Assembly: GCA_019358915.1 (NCBI GenBank)
Contig: JAHHIM010000006.1
Coordinates: forward strand, 32,001-96,000
DNA from: Trichormus sp. ATA11-4-KO1
Lineage (GTDB): Bacteria; Cyanobacteriota; Cyanobacteriia; Cyanobacteriales; Nostocaceae
Reading direction: 5' to 3'
Length of the DNA stretch: 64,000 nucleotides
Positions within the stretch are counted from its first letter, which is position 1. Each line of letters opens with the position of its first letter. The notes beneath the pieces were generated by a model. It was not told the DNA's origin. It made no database searches and saw nothing but the letters and a program-made list of their open reading frames with translations. The position numbers and the translations under genes are program-made. Of the stretch, positions 10,501 through 19,461 are shown piece after piece.

Positions 10501-11139
10501 CTATAACTGACAAATTGCTTTGAGAACTTGCAGTAACTCAATTGCAGAAGTAACGTGAGTTATATCTAGTTTTGGTATTAATTGATAAATTGGCGGATTA
10601 CCTTGCTGCATATAGACGAATTGGTAATCCATACCATTGGTAGTCAAACCCCAAACGGATGTTTGATGTTCTAGGCTTGCATAGGCATAGGTAAGTAATT
10701 GTGGTAATCCTTCCAAAGCGTTAATACTACTGTTTTTAGATTCAATTACTAAGATCCAAAATGGTGTATTGATTGTTTTTTCTTGTAACTTATTAACAGC
10801 TAATATATCCATCCGTCCTTTGATGTTTGTATCTTCATCTTCAACGGAAATTTCAGCAACATTTTCTTCTAAAGTAATCTTAATATTAGGCTGATAAAAG
10901 CCAGCTAACTTCATTAAGGGTGCGAGGAAGAGAAATTTGATTTGTCCTTCCGAAATTTTGCCATCCGCATAGTATTCGCGAAAAATATGACTGATTAATT
11001 CTACTTCTTGTATCTCAAATTCTGATAGAGATTCTAGGGATAGTAAAGATGTAATTGAGTCATTCAACTGTTCTGAAAATTTTAACAGTCGCTGAACATC
11101 TTTTAGTCTGAGGTTGCTTGCATCTAAGGTAGTAGTCAT
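10501..11139 (-). CDS. Restriction-endonuclease-fold protein (HsdR N-terminal-like, cyanobacterial family)
   Basis: SE..IK, GRMD and VIESK PD-(D/E)xK motif; PQLLTY and TNG. Confidence 0.75.
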   Translation of the reverse strand: MTTTLDASNLRLKDVQRLLKFSEQLNDSITSLLSLESLSEFEIQEVELISHIFREYYADGKISEGQIKFLFLAPLMKLAGFYQPNIKITLEENVAEISVEDEDTNIKGRMDILAVNKLQEKTINTPFWILVIESKNSSINALEGLPQLLTYAYASLEHQTSVWGLTTNGMDYQFVYMQQGNPPIYQLIPKLDITHVTSAIELLQVLKAICQL

Positions 11140-11146
11140 TTATTGA

Positions 11147-11923
11147 TTACTCTAAATCTGGTTCCATACCAAACGATAACTTCGTTAAGCTACGCTGACG
11201 CAATTGTTCTATCAACCGTTCTTTCTGCCGTTTTTCTTGTTCAGCACGTAGCCTTTCCGCCTCTGTAGGAGTCAAAACCCAATTACCTGTACTGTCATAC
11301 CAACGTAACCAAGGCTGCTGAATATTTTGATAATTTCCTTGCCAAACTCCTAAACCTAATCCTATTTCTGGTATCCAAAAACGAGAATTTGATAAACTCA
11401 CTTCTGTATAACTACCGCCATCTAATTTAAACATTCTAAATTCATATTTATAGCGGTCAAAAATAGCGTAATAAGGAATCCTTAAAATCTGTTCACAGAC
11501 TTCCCATTTTGTTGGGGGTTTTGCCACATCTCGCAAAGTTTGTCCTAAGTCTTCTCTTTCAGTCCCCGGTGAAAGTAATTCCACGATAATAAACGGACTA
11601 ATTCCTTCTTGCCAAATTACATAACTTAAGCGTAAATCCCCATTTTTGTACAGAGGAGAAACATCCACAGCCACAAACCAATCTGGTCTTTTGTACCATG
11701 TAGGATGATTCGGGTCATAATACAAATTCATGTCACTAGCGGTAAATATTTTGTCGCTAGGATAACTTGGGGAGTGAAAAGTTTCGTCTAATAAGCGGGG
11801 TTGTAATAAATGAAACTGATCGGGCAAGCCAGGTTCCTCTGGATCTTCACTCTTGAGATCATACATGGTAGGTAACACTTCTTGGGGAGAACGGGGCGGA
11901 TCAGTTTGATACATGGAAAACAA
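11147..11923 (-). CDS. Uma2 (DUF820) family endonuclease-fold protein
   Basis: LPTMYDL.SE, RPDWF, VELLSPGT and WLRWYD motifs. Confidence 0.88.
   Translation of the reverse strand: MFSMYQTDPPRSPQEVLPTMYDLKSEDPEEPGLPDQFHLLQPRLLDETFHSPSYPSDKIFTASDMNLYYDPNHPTWYKRPDWFVAVDVSPLYKNGDLRLSYVIWQEGISPFIIVELLSPGTEREDLGQTLRDVAKPPTKWEVCEQILRIPYYAIFDRYKYEFRMFKLDGGSYTEVSLSNSRFWIPEIGLGLGVWQGNYQNIQQPWLRWYDSTGNWVLTPTEAERLRAEQEKRQKERLIEQLRQRSLTKLSFGMEPDLE
11178..11198 (-). mobile_element. 21-nt SDR5-like small dispersed repeat inserted in a HIP1 site
   Basis: Minus strand reads TTGCG|TCAGCGTAGCTTAACGAAGTT|ATCGTTT, a 21-nt insert splitting GCG/ATCG(T). Confidence 0.75.
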
Positions 11924-12068
11924 TCCTGTAGAAGTCCTGACTCTATTATGAAACTTCTGCGTTCTCAGCGCCTCTGCGGTGAGATAATTCTTTCCTGACT
12001 TGTTGCGAATCTTTAATTAATTGATACACTTGTCATTCATTAGCCATTAGCCCAGTTAACCAGCGCCT

Positions 12069-15000
12069 ATGGTGCACGTCAAGCGCGTGGAACTTACTAA
12101 CTTCAAATCCTTCGGCGGTACTACTTCAGTCCCTCTACTGCCGGGGTTTACTGTCATTTCAGGGCCAAATGGTTCGGGTAAATCGAATATTTTAGATGCG
12201 TTGCTATTTTGCTTGGGACTTTCCAGTTCTAAGGGAATGCGGGCCGATCGCCTACCAGATTTGGTAAATAATACTCAAACGGCTAAGGGACGTGCTGCGA
12301 TTGAGGCTAGTGTGACGGTGACGTTTGATTTGTCGGATGAAGTCTCACGCAGAGACGCAGAGGCAAGCCACCTCTGTGCGGGGGTTCCCCCCGTTGAGGA
12401 GAGTGGCGCGCAGAGTGAGGAAGAAGAGACTCCCCACTCCCCAACTGAATGGAGTGTGACTAGAAGGTTGCGGGTGACTCACCAAGGGACTTATACGTCA
12501 AATTACTATATCAATGGTTCGCCTTGTACTTTGACGGAGTTGCACGAGGAACTCAGTAATCTGCGGATTTATCCCGAAGGTTATAACGTGGTGCTACAAG
12601 GAGATGTCACTAGTATTATCTCGATGAATGCTAGGGAAAGGCGAGAAATTATTGATGAGTTGGCAGGGGTGGCGGCGTTTGATCGCAAGATTAATCAAGC
12701 GAAAAAAACTTTAGATGAGGTAAAGGATAAGGAAGATAGCTGTCGGATTATTGAGACGGAATTAACTGCACAGCGCGAGCGCTTGTCTCAAGATCGGGCA
12801 AAAGCAGAAAAATATCAAAAACTCCGCACGGAATTTTTAGACAAGCAATCTTGGGAGGCGGTTTTATCTTGGCGATCGCTACAAGCACAGCAGGAAAAGT
12901 TGGTGGGGGAAATTCAAGCAGGCGATCGCTCTTTTGCTGAACTGACTACTCAACTGACAACCCTCAATACAGCAATTGCTGAGAAAACTGCTGAACTGGA
13001 GGAACTCAATGCTCATGTGAAAGCTTTGGGTGAAGAGGAACTGTTGGCGGTACAATCTACTCTGGCGACTCAAGAGGTGGAACGGAAGCAACTCCAGCGT
13101 CAACAAACGGAATTACAATCGGCTATCCAGGAAACTGTCAAGCGCTTGGCGCAAACTGATCAAGAAATTCAACAACACCAGCATTCTCTAAGCGAAATTG
13201 CCCAAACACAAGTTGTTGAACAGCAATCTATTATTTACTGTCAGCAGCAAAGAAATGAAGCCCAACAAGCTTTAGAGGCTTCGCGGTCAGCCGCAGCAGC
13301 CATCGCCTCGGCTTCGGAAGCTTGGGTACAGCAACAAACGGCATTCAACCGTCAAATCGAAACTTTACTACAAACTCTGGAACCGCAGCGTACAGAACAA
13401 GCACAACTTAGGGAACGCAATCACCAACTCCAACAACTTATCCAAGAACAAACTCAGCTAATTGCCACTTTAGAACCCCAATTAACAGAAAAACAAGCTG
13501 AATGTAGTCGCGTAGAAACGGAATTTAACGCTTCTAGTGAACCCATCCAAAATTTAGCGGAAAATCTCTCAGCGACAGAACAAGAACTGCAAATCCAACA
13601 AGAAACCCAAAAGCGTCTGTTGCACGAACAAAGGGAAAAACAGCGCCAGTTAGATAAATTAGAGGCGCAAGCCCAAGCCCAGCAAGAGGTACAGGGAACT
13701 CAAGCCAGTAAAGTTATTTTACAATCGGGACTGCCTGGACTTTGTGGTTTAGTTGTACAGTTAGGACGAGTGGAACCTCGTTACCAATTAGCTTTGGAAA
13801 TTGCTGCCGGCGGGCGCTTGGGGCATATTGTGGTAGAAGATGACAGTGTAGCCGCAGCCGGGATTGAATTACTCAAACAAAAACGGGCGGGGAGGGCAAC
13901 TTTTTTACCGTTAACTAAAATTCGTGCTAGCAAATTTACCCAAGATGCCACGTTACGTTATGCTAACGGGTTTGTTAATTATGCCGTGAATTTAATTGAG
14001 TGCGATCGCCGTTATAAAGATGTTTTTAATTATGTTTTTGGAAACACAGTTGTATTTACCAGTCTCCAACAGGCGCGGCAAAATTTAGGACTATACCGCA
14101 TTGTTACCCTAGATGGGGAATTGTTAGAAACCAGTGGGGCGATGACTGGCGGTAGCACTAGCCAGCGTTCTTCTTTACGGTTTGGTAAGAACGAAACAGC
14201 AGAATCTGAGGAAGTAGCCAGTTTGAAAACTCGCTTGCTAGACATTGAGCGAATTTTAGAACGTTGCACTGAAGCGATCGCCTCTTTATCAGCCAGAACG
14301 AAACAAAATACCCAAGCACTCACAGAAGCACGACAAGCGCGGCGCGAACAGCAATTGCAATTGGAACAGTTACAGAAAGATATTAAGGGTTTGACGGCGC
14401 AATTAGAAAACACGCGATCGCAACTTGCCCAAAACAGTGAAAAAATCACCACCGCCCAATCCCGTTTGTCAGTTTTGGATCGGGAATTACCAGGGCAAGA
14501 AAGTGAATTGCAACAATTGCGACAAGCTTTAGCAGAGTTGGAAGCATCCCAAACTCCCAGTGAATGGCAACAAATCCAAGCAACCATTAAAAAACAAGAG
14601 CAACAATTACAACAAAAAGAAAGTGAGTTACGAGATGCTGAACAAAGATTAAAAAATTTAGAAAATCAGCAACAGCGATTACAAGAGAAAATTCAAGAAG
14701 CTGAACAAAGAATTACCCAATATCAGCATGAGCAAGAAAGCCAACAAAATCAACTAAATTCTCTAGCAAATCAGCATTCAGGACTCAGCACTCAAATAGC
14801 CGAAATTAAGGCGAATTTGAGTCAAATGGAACAAAATTTAGGCGCAGAAAAACAAAAACGCGACGCTACAGAACAAGAAGTGCGATCGCAGCTTTTACGT
14901 CAACAACAATTGCAATGGGAAATCCAAAAACTCCAAGAAACCCAAGAGAAGCGGCGGGAAGATTTGGCAGGATTACAAAACCAATTGCGGGATACAGGCG

Positions 15001-15704
15001 CAGAATTGCCGAATCCTTTGCCAGAAGTGCCAAATCAAGTAGATTTAGCAGAATTACAGAAAGAATTACGCAGCCTTGCCAAACGTTTACAGGCGATGGA
15101 ACCTGTGAATATGTTGGCTTTGGAAGAATACGAACGCACCCAAAACCGTCTCCAAGAACTAACGCAAAAATTGCAAACATTAGAAGGAGAACGCACCGAA
15201 TTACTTTTAAGAATTGAAAACTTTACGACTTTACGACAACTTGCTTTTAAAGAAGCTTTTGATGCTGTTAATGAAAACTTTCAATCAATTTTTGCCACCC
15301 TTTCTGATGGTGATGGCTATCTGCAACTCGAAAATCCCGAAGATCCCTTTAGCAGTGGATTGAATTTAGTCGCACATCCCAAAGGTAAACCCGTACAGCG
15401 TCTAGCTTCCATGTCCGGGGGCGAAAAATCACTCACAGCCTTAAGTTTTATTTTTGCCCTACAACGCTACCGTCCCTCGCCATTTTATGCATTTGATGAA
15501 GTAGATATGTTTTTAGATGGGGCAAACGTAGAGCGATTAGCTAGAATGATTAAACAACAGGCACAACAAGCACAATTTATAGTTGTGAGTTTGCGTCGTC
15601 CGATGATAGAATCAGCCGAACGCACCATTGGCGTTACTCAAGCACGAGGAGCTTACACTCAAGTTTTGGGTATTAAATTACAATCATCCAATACATCTGC
15701 TTGA
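12069..15704 (+). CDS. smc: Chromosome segregation protein SMC
   Basis: NFKSF, GPNGSGKSN, hinge GRATFLPL, MSGGEKS and FDEVD motifs; long coiled coils. Confidence 0.97.
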   Translation: MVHVKRVELTNFKSFGGTTSVPLLPGFTVISGPNGSGKSNILDALLFCLGLSSSKGMRADRLPDLVNNTQTAKGRAAIEASVTVTFDLSDEVSRRDAEASHLCAGVPPVEESGAQSEEEETPHSPTEWSVTRRLRVTHQGTYTSNYYINGSPCTLTELHEELSNLRIYPEGYNVVLQGDVTSIISMNARERREIIDELAGVAAFDRKINQAKKTLDEVKDKEDSCRIIETELTAQRERLSQDRAKAEKYQKLRTEFLDKQSWEAVLSWRSLQAQQEKLVGEIQAGDRSFAELTTQLTTLNTAIAEKTAELEELNAHVKALGEEELLAVQSTLATQEVERKQLQRQQTELQSAIQETVKRLAQTDQEIQQHQHSLSEIAQTQVVEQQSIIYCQQQRNEAQQALEASRSAAAAIASASEAWVQQQTAFNRQIETLLQTLEPQRTEQAQLRERNHQLQQLIQEQTQLIATLEPQLTEKQAECSRVETEFNASSEPIQNLAENLSATEQELQIQQETQKRLLHEQREKQRQLDKLEAQAQAQQEVQGTQASKVILQSGLPGLCGLVVQLGRVEPRYQLALEIAAGGRLGHIVVEDDSVAAAGIELLKQKRAGRATFLPLTKIRASKFTQDATLRYANGFVNYAVNLIECDRRYKDVFNYVFGNTVVFTSLQQARQNLGLYRIVTLDGELLETSGAMTGGSTSQRSSLRFGKNETAESEEVASLKTRLLDIERILERCTEAIASLSARTKQNTQALTEARQARREQQLQLEQLQKDIKGLTAQLENTRSQLAQNSEKITTAQSRLSVLDRELPGQESELQQLRQALAELEASQTPSEWQQIQATIKKQEQQLQQKESELRDAEQRLKNLENQQQRLQEKIQEAEQRITQYQHEQESQQNQLNSLANQHSGLSTQIAEIKANLSQMEQNLGAEKQKRDATEQEVRSQLLRQQQLQWEIQKLQETQEKRREDLAGLQNQLRDTGAELPNPLPEVPNQVDLAELQKELRSLAKRLQAMEPVNMLALEEYERTQNRLQELTQKLQTLEGERTELLLRIENFTTLRQLAFKEAFDAVNENFQSIFATLSDGDGYLQLENPEDPFSSGLNLVAHPKGKPVQRLASMSGGEKSLTALSFIFALQRYRPSPFYAFDEVDMFLDGANVERLARMIKQQAQQAQFIVVSLRRPMIESAERTIGVTQARGAYTQVLGIKLQSSNTSA
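12365..12409 (+). mobile_element. 45-nt small repeat (AAGCCA...TGGCGC) inserted in frame within smc; relatives at 16847-16888 and about 50044-50079
   Basis: Same ends and central GGG-TT-CCC hairpin at two loci, both inserted at GC|GC of a CTCACGCA(G/A)A.. repeat. Confidence 0.7.
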
Positions 15705-15762
15705 GTTTTTGTTAATAATAGTGTATAGATAAACCGGATTCGAGATCAGGACTCGGTATAGA

Positions 15763-16746
15763 ATGACCTCTGAACAGATAATTAGGCGTTCCGACATATT
15801 GAACACCCAGGTGATTACCCGCGACAACGGTAAGCGGCTAGGGATCGTGAATCAGGTCTGGGTTGATATTGATCAAAGAGAGGTTGTGGCTCTTGGTTTA
15901 CGAGACAGCCTGATCTCTATTTCTGGTCTGCCGCGCTATATGTACCTCAGCACCATCAACCAAATAGGTGATGTAATTCTGGTTGATAACGAAGATGTCA
16001 TTGAAGATATCGAAGTTGAAACCCTCAGTAACCTGATTAACTGGGAAGTAATTACAGAAACAGGTGAAGTATTAGGTAGAGTGCGCGGCTTTAAGTTCGA
16101 TGGCGAAACTGGTAAAATTCATTCCATAGTCATTGCTTCTTTGGGATTACCCCAAATTCCCGACCAGTTTCTCAGTACCTACGAGTTTTCCGTGGATGAA
16201 ATCGTCAGCACTGGCCCCAGCAGGTTGATTGTCTTTGAGGGAGCCGAAGAACGGGTGAACCAGTTAACTGTTGGTGTGCTGGAACGCTTAGGCATCGGTA
16301 AAGCACCGTGGGAAAGAGAAGCAGAAGAAGAATACGGCTACACTCCTCGCACAGTTGCACCAGCCAATCAACTACCAAGTGGAGTACCATTGCAGCCACC
16401 TAAGCCTAGAGTCCGCGCTCCTGAACCCGTAGTGGAGGAAGAATGGACTGAAGACTATGTGGAAGAAGAAATTCCACAGCGTCAGGTGATGAAGGCAAGG
16501 CAGTACGAATCCATTCAATACGAAGAAGACGAGGAAGAAGATAACTGGAGTGAAGCCACAGGTAGAGATAGGTATCAAGAACCAAGATATGAATCCCCGC
16601 CCTACAGCAAGCCTTATGCTGACGAGTATGATGATTACGACGACGTAGAAGGCGATGCTTGGGAGGATGCACCACCCCAACCAGTAAATATTCCTAAAAA
16701 AGTCAAGGAAAGACAGCCAGAATACGAAGAAGAAGGCGGATATTAG
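15763..16746 (+). CDS. PRC-barrel domain protein with acidic C-terminal tail
   Basis: Two PRC-barrel repeats (VITRDNGKRLG; VITETGEVLG); D/E/Y-rich tail; follows smc as in other cyanobacteria. Confidence 0.85.
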   Translation: MTSEQIIRRSDILNTQVITRDNGKRLGIVNQVWVDIDQREVVALGLRDSLISISGLPRYMYLSTINQIGDVILVDNEDVIEDIEVETLSNLINWEVITETGEVLGRVRGFKFDGETGKIHSIVIASLGLPQIPDQFLSTYEFSVDEIVSTGPSRLIVFEGAEERVNQLTVGVLERLGIGKAPWEREAEEEYGYTPRTVAPANQLPSGVPLQPPKPRVRAPEPVVEEEWTEDYVEEEIPQRQVMKARQYESIQYEEDEEEDNWSEATGRDRYQEPRYESPPYSKPYADEYDDYDDVEGDAWEDAPPQPVNIPKKVKERQPEYEEEGGY

Positions 16747-16748
16747 GA

Positions 16749-16778
16749 TAATTCGTAATTCGTAATTCGTAATTCGTA
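16749..16778. repeat. Heptamer tandem repeat (TAATTCG)x4
   Basis: taattcgtaattcgtaattcgtaattcgta read directly. Confidence 0.9.
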
Positions 16779-16930
16779 AACCCTCTTCCTCTTATCCATG
16801 TGGAAGGGGGTTTGAAATTAAAGGCGTTTTAGTCTCACGCAAAAGCAAGCCAGTGCGTTCGGGTTACCCGACTTGTAGCAACTGGCGCGCAAAGGCGCAA
16901 AGAATTAAGATTTAAAGAAATGTAATTCAG

Positions 16931-17626
16931 GTGCATAACACAATTTCGATTATTATTCCCACGTTTAACGAAGCGAGAAATATTCAAGCTGCGATCGCTT
17001 GTACTCAACCCAGTAGCAATGTAGAAGTAATTGTAGTGGATGGTGGCTCACAAGATGACACTGTCAGCATAGCTGAGTCATTGGGTGTAAAAGTTATTTC
17101 ATCCTCTCCTGGTCGTGCTAGTCAAATGAATGCGGGTGCTATGGCTGCAAGTGGGGAAATTTTGTTGTTTCTCCATGCAGATACACAACTGCCGCCTGAG
17201 TATGATGTAATGATTCGTACAGCATTACCACAACCAGGGATTGTGGCTGGTGCCTTTGCCTTGCGGATTGATGCCTCTGTTTTAGCTTTGCGATGGATAG
17301 AATGGGGAGTAAATTGGCGATCGCATTTTTGCCAAATGCCTTATGGGGATCAAGCAATTTTCTTAAAAAAAGCGGTATTTCAACAAATTGGCAGGTTTCC
17401 TGAGTTGCCGATTCTGGAAGACTTTGAACTGATGCGTCGTTTAAAACGTACTGGTAGAATTGTCATACTTCCCATACCAGTTATTACTTCGGCTCGGAGA
17501 TGGTTGCAAAAGGGGGTTTTGCAAACTACCATACTTAACCAAATAGCTATTATTGCTTATTTCCTCGGTGTTTCACCTGAGCGTATTCGCAGCTGGTATC
17601 GCCGGGAAAAATTTAGAAAGCTTTAA
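16931..17626 (+). CDS. GT2 glycosyltransferase, TIGR04283-like (arsenosugar/rSAM-associated family)
   Basis: ISIIIPTFNE, VVDGGSQD, GRASQMNAGA, LFLHADT, PYGDQAIF and TSARRW motifs. Confidence 0.85.
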   Translation: MHNTISIIIPTFNEARNIQAAIACTQPSSNVEVIVVDGGSQDDTVSIAESLGVKVISSSPGRASQMNAGAMAASGEILLFLHADTQLPPEYDVMIRTALPQPGIVAGAFALRIDASVLALRWIEWGVNWRSHFCQMPYGDQAIFLKKAVFQQIGRFPELPILEDFELMRRLKRTGRIVILPIPVITSARRWLQKGVLQTTILNQIAIIAYFLGVSPERIRSWYRREKFRKL

Positions 17627-17707
17627 GCTGGGTAAGCGCTATTCTAAATTAATTCAAATTTTTAATTTTTACTGGTATCGCCGGGAAAAATTTAGGAAGC
17701 TTTAAGC
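17593..17707 (+). repeat. 36-bp direct repeat (17593-17628 and 17672-17707, one mismatch) duplicating the 3' end of the glycosyltransferase
   Basis: CTGGTATCGCCGGGAAAAATTTAG(A/G)AAGCTTTAAGC occurs twice, with a 43-bp AT-rich spacer. Confidence 0.9.
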
Positions 17708-17769
17708 GGCTTCTCATATAAGTGTCATATCTTGGTTGCAGATAGCGATTAAAAACTCAGGTAAGTTGC

Positions 17770-18510
17770 ATGGTGCAAAAACCCAAGCCTCGATTAAATG
17801 GCAAACTCAAATTATTACTATGTAGTTGTGTAATTGCTGTTTTAATCATTGCTGCTCAATACTTTCAAGTTCAAGAAGTTTTATATAATTCCATTATTTG
17901 GGTACGAAATCTGGGGATTTTAGGCCCAATTGCTTATATTATCATTTATAACTTGGCGACATTACTGTTTATACCAGGTTCTCTCTTAACACTAAAAGGT
18001 GGTTGCTTATTTGGCATTTTTTGGGGTTCTATTTATGTGTTAATTGCAGCAATTATCGGCGCGATTTTAGCTTTTGTTCTGGGGCGCTACCTTTCGCGTG
18101 ACTGGGTTTACCGCCAGATTAACAAACATCCTAAATTTAAAGCGATTAATTTAGCAGTTGCTAAAGAGGGATGGAAAATTGTCTTGCTAACGCGTTTATG
18201 TCCGATATTTCCGTTTAACTTATTAAATTATGCTTTTGGAGTCACACAGGTTTCTCTCAAAGATTACATTCTAGGTTCATTTGGCATTGTTCCCGGTACA
18301 GTTATGTACGTTTATATGGGTTCCCTAGCTGGTGATTTCGCTATGCTGGATCGCAATTATCAGCCAACTAATCCCGAAACTCAAATCTGGCAATGGGTGA
18401 TGCAAGTGATTGGGTTAATTGCTACAGTTGCTGTAACGATTTATGTCACAAGAATTGCTCAAAAAGCTCTGGCTGAGAGTATGGTAAATGATGAAAATAT
18501 AAATAACTAA
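17770..18510 (+). CDS. TVP38/TMEM64 (DedA/SNARE-associated) membrane protein
   Basis: PGSLLTL.GG..FG and LLTRL.P.FPFNLLNYAFG motifs. Confidence 0.9.
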   Translation: MVQKPKPRLNGKLKLLLCSCVIAVLIIAAQYFQVQEVLYNSIIWVRNLGILGPIAYIIIYNLATLLFIPGSLLTLKGGCLFGIFWGSIYVLIAAIIGAILAFVLGRYLSRDWVYRQINKHPKFKAINLAVAKEGWKIVLLTRLCPIFPFNLLNYAFGVTQVSLKDYILGSFGIVPGTVMYVYMGSLAGDFAMLDRNYQPTNPETQIWQWVMQVIGLIATVAVTIYVTRIAQKALAESMVNDENINN

Positions 18511-18592
18511 AAATAATTAGTAAATAAATGAGGACTAAAGTTTTTACTACAAACTAAAAAATAATTTTAATCGGCGTATTTTTCTGTTATTT

Positions 18593-19369
18593 ATGAAATA
18601 TTTACAGGCTATGAAAAAACAACTTTTACTAAATTCAAAATTGTTGAAACAGAGTTTATTTACATTCGTGGGAATAGCGATCGCCCTCTGGCTCAACACA
18701 GATATGGCCTGGGCCCAAGAATCTGTGAATGCCAATTCTTTCAATCCCCAAGAAGTTTTCCGCAGTGCTTTGCAATGGATTGATAGCCTGGGAACAGTAG
18801 GAGCGATCGCTTTTATGGGACTTTACATTATTGCTACCGTCGCTTTCTTACCAGGCTCCATTTTGACTTTAGGTGCTGGAGTTGTCTTTGGTGTAGTTTG
18901 GGGTTCCCTTTACGTGTTCATTGGTGCCACCCTAGGTGCTACAGCCGCTTTTCTTGTGGGACGTTATTTAGCTAGGGGCTGGGTTGCACGTAAAATCGCC
19001 GATAACAAAAAATTTGCGGCTATTGACCAAGCTGTTGGCAGAGAAGGATTAAAAATTGTTTTGTTAACGAGACTGTCTCCTGTATTTCCTTTTAATTTAT
19101 TGAACTATGCTTTTGGCATTACAGGAGTTTCACTCAAAGATTATTTTATTGGCTCCGTGGGGATGATTCCAGGGACAATTATGTATGTTTATATCGGTTC
19201 CTTAGCTGGAAACTTAGCCATGATTGGGACTGATGCTCAACCTACCAATCCCACAGTGCAATGGATAATTCGGATTGTGGGTTTTCTAGCAACAGTCGCC
19301 GTGACAATTTATGTCACCCGCATTGCCCGGAAAGCTTTAGAAGAAGAGGTGGGGACAGGGGAGGGATAG
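18593..19369 (+). CDS. TVP38/TMEM64 (DedA/SNARE-associated) membrane protein, second paralogue
   Basis: PGSILTLGAG and LLTRLSPVFPFNLLNYAFG motifs; start may be 18611. Confidence 0.9.
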   Translation: MKYLQAMKKQLLLNSKLLKQSLFTFVGIAIALWLNTDMAWAQESVNANSFNPQEVFRSALQWIDSLGTVGAIAFMGLYIIATVAFLPGSILTLGAGVVFGVVWGSLYVFIGATLGATAAFLVGRYLARGWVARKIADNKKFAAIDQAVGREGLKIVLLTRLSPVFPFNLLNYAFGITGVSLKDYFIGSVGMIPGTIMYVYIGSLAGNLAMIGTDAQPTNPTVQWIIRIVGFLATVAVTIYVTRIARKALEEEVGTGEG

Positions 19370-19461
19370 GGAGACAAGGGGACAAGGAGAAAATAACGAA
19401 AATACTTTCTCATCTCCCCATCCCCCCATCCCCCACACTCCCAATTAAAGAGGAATCACTA

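Noticed and set aside
10501..11923. Complete restriction-modification system
   Set aside because: No methyltransferase, specificity or helicase subunit; both families are common multi-copy orphans in cyanobacteria
17593..17707. Mini-CRISPR array
   Set aside because: Only two repeats, the first is the coding 3' end of a gene, no CRISPR-type terminal motif and no cas genes in the window
19261..19461. N-terminal extension of the flavoprotein ORF
   Set aside because: Overlaps TVP38 and is built from STRR repeats; a good RBS precedes the ATG at 19462
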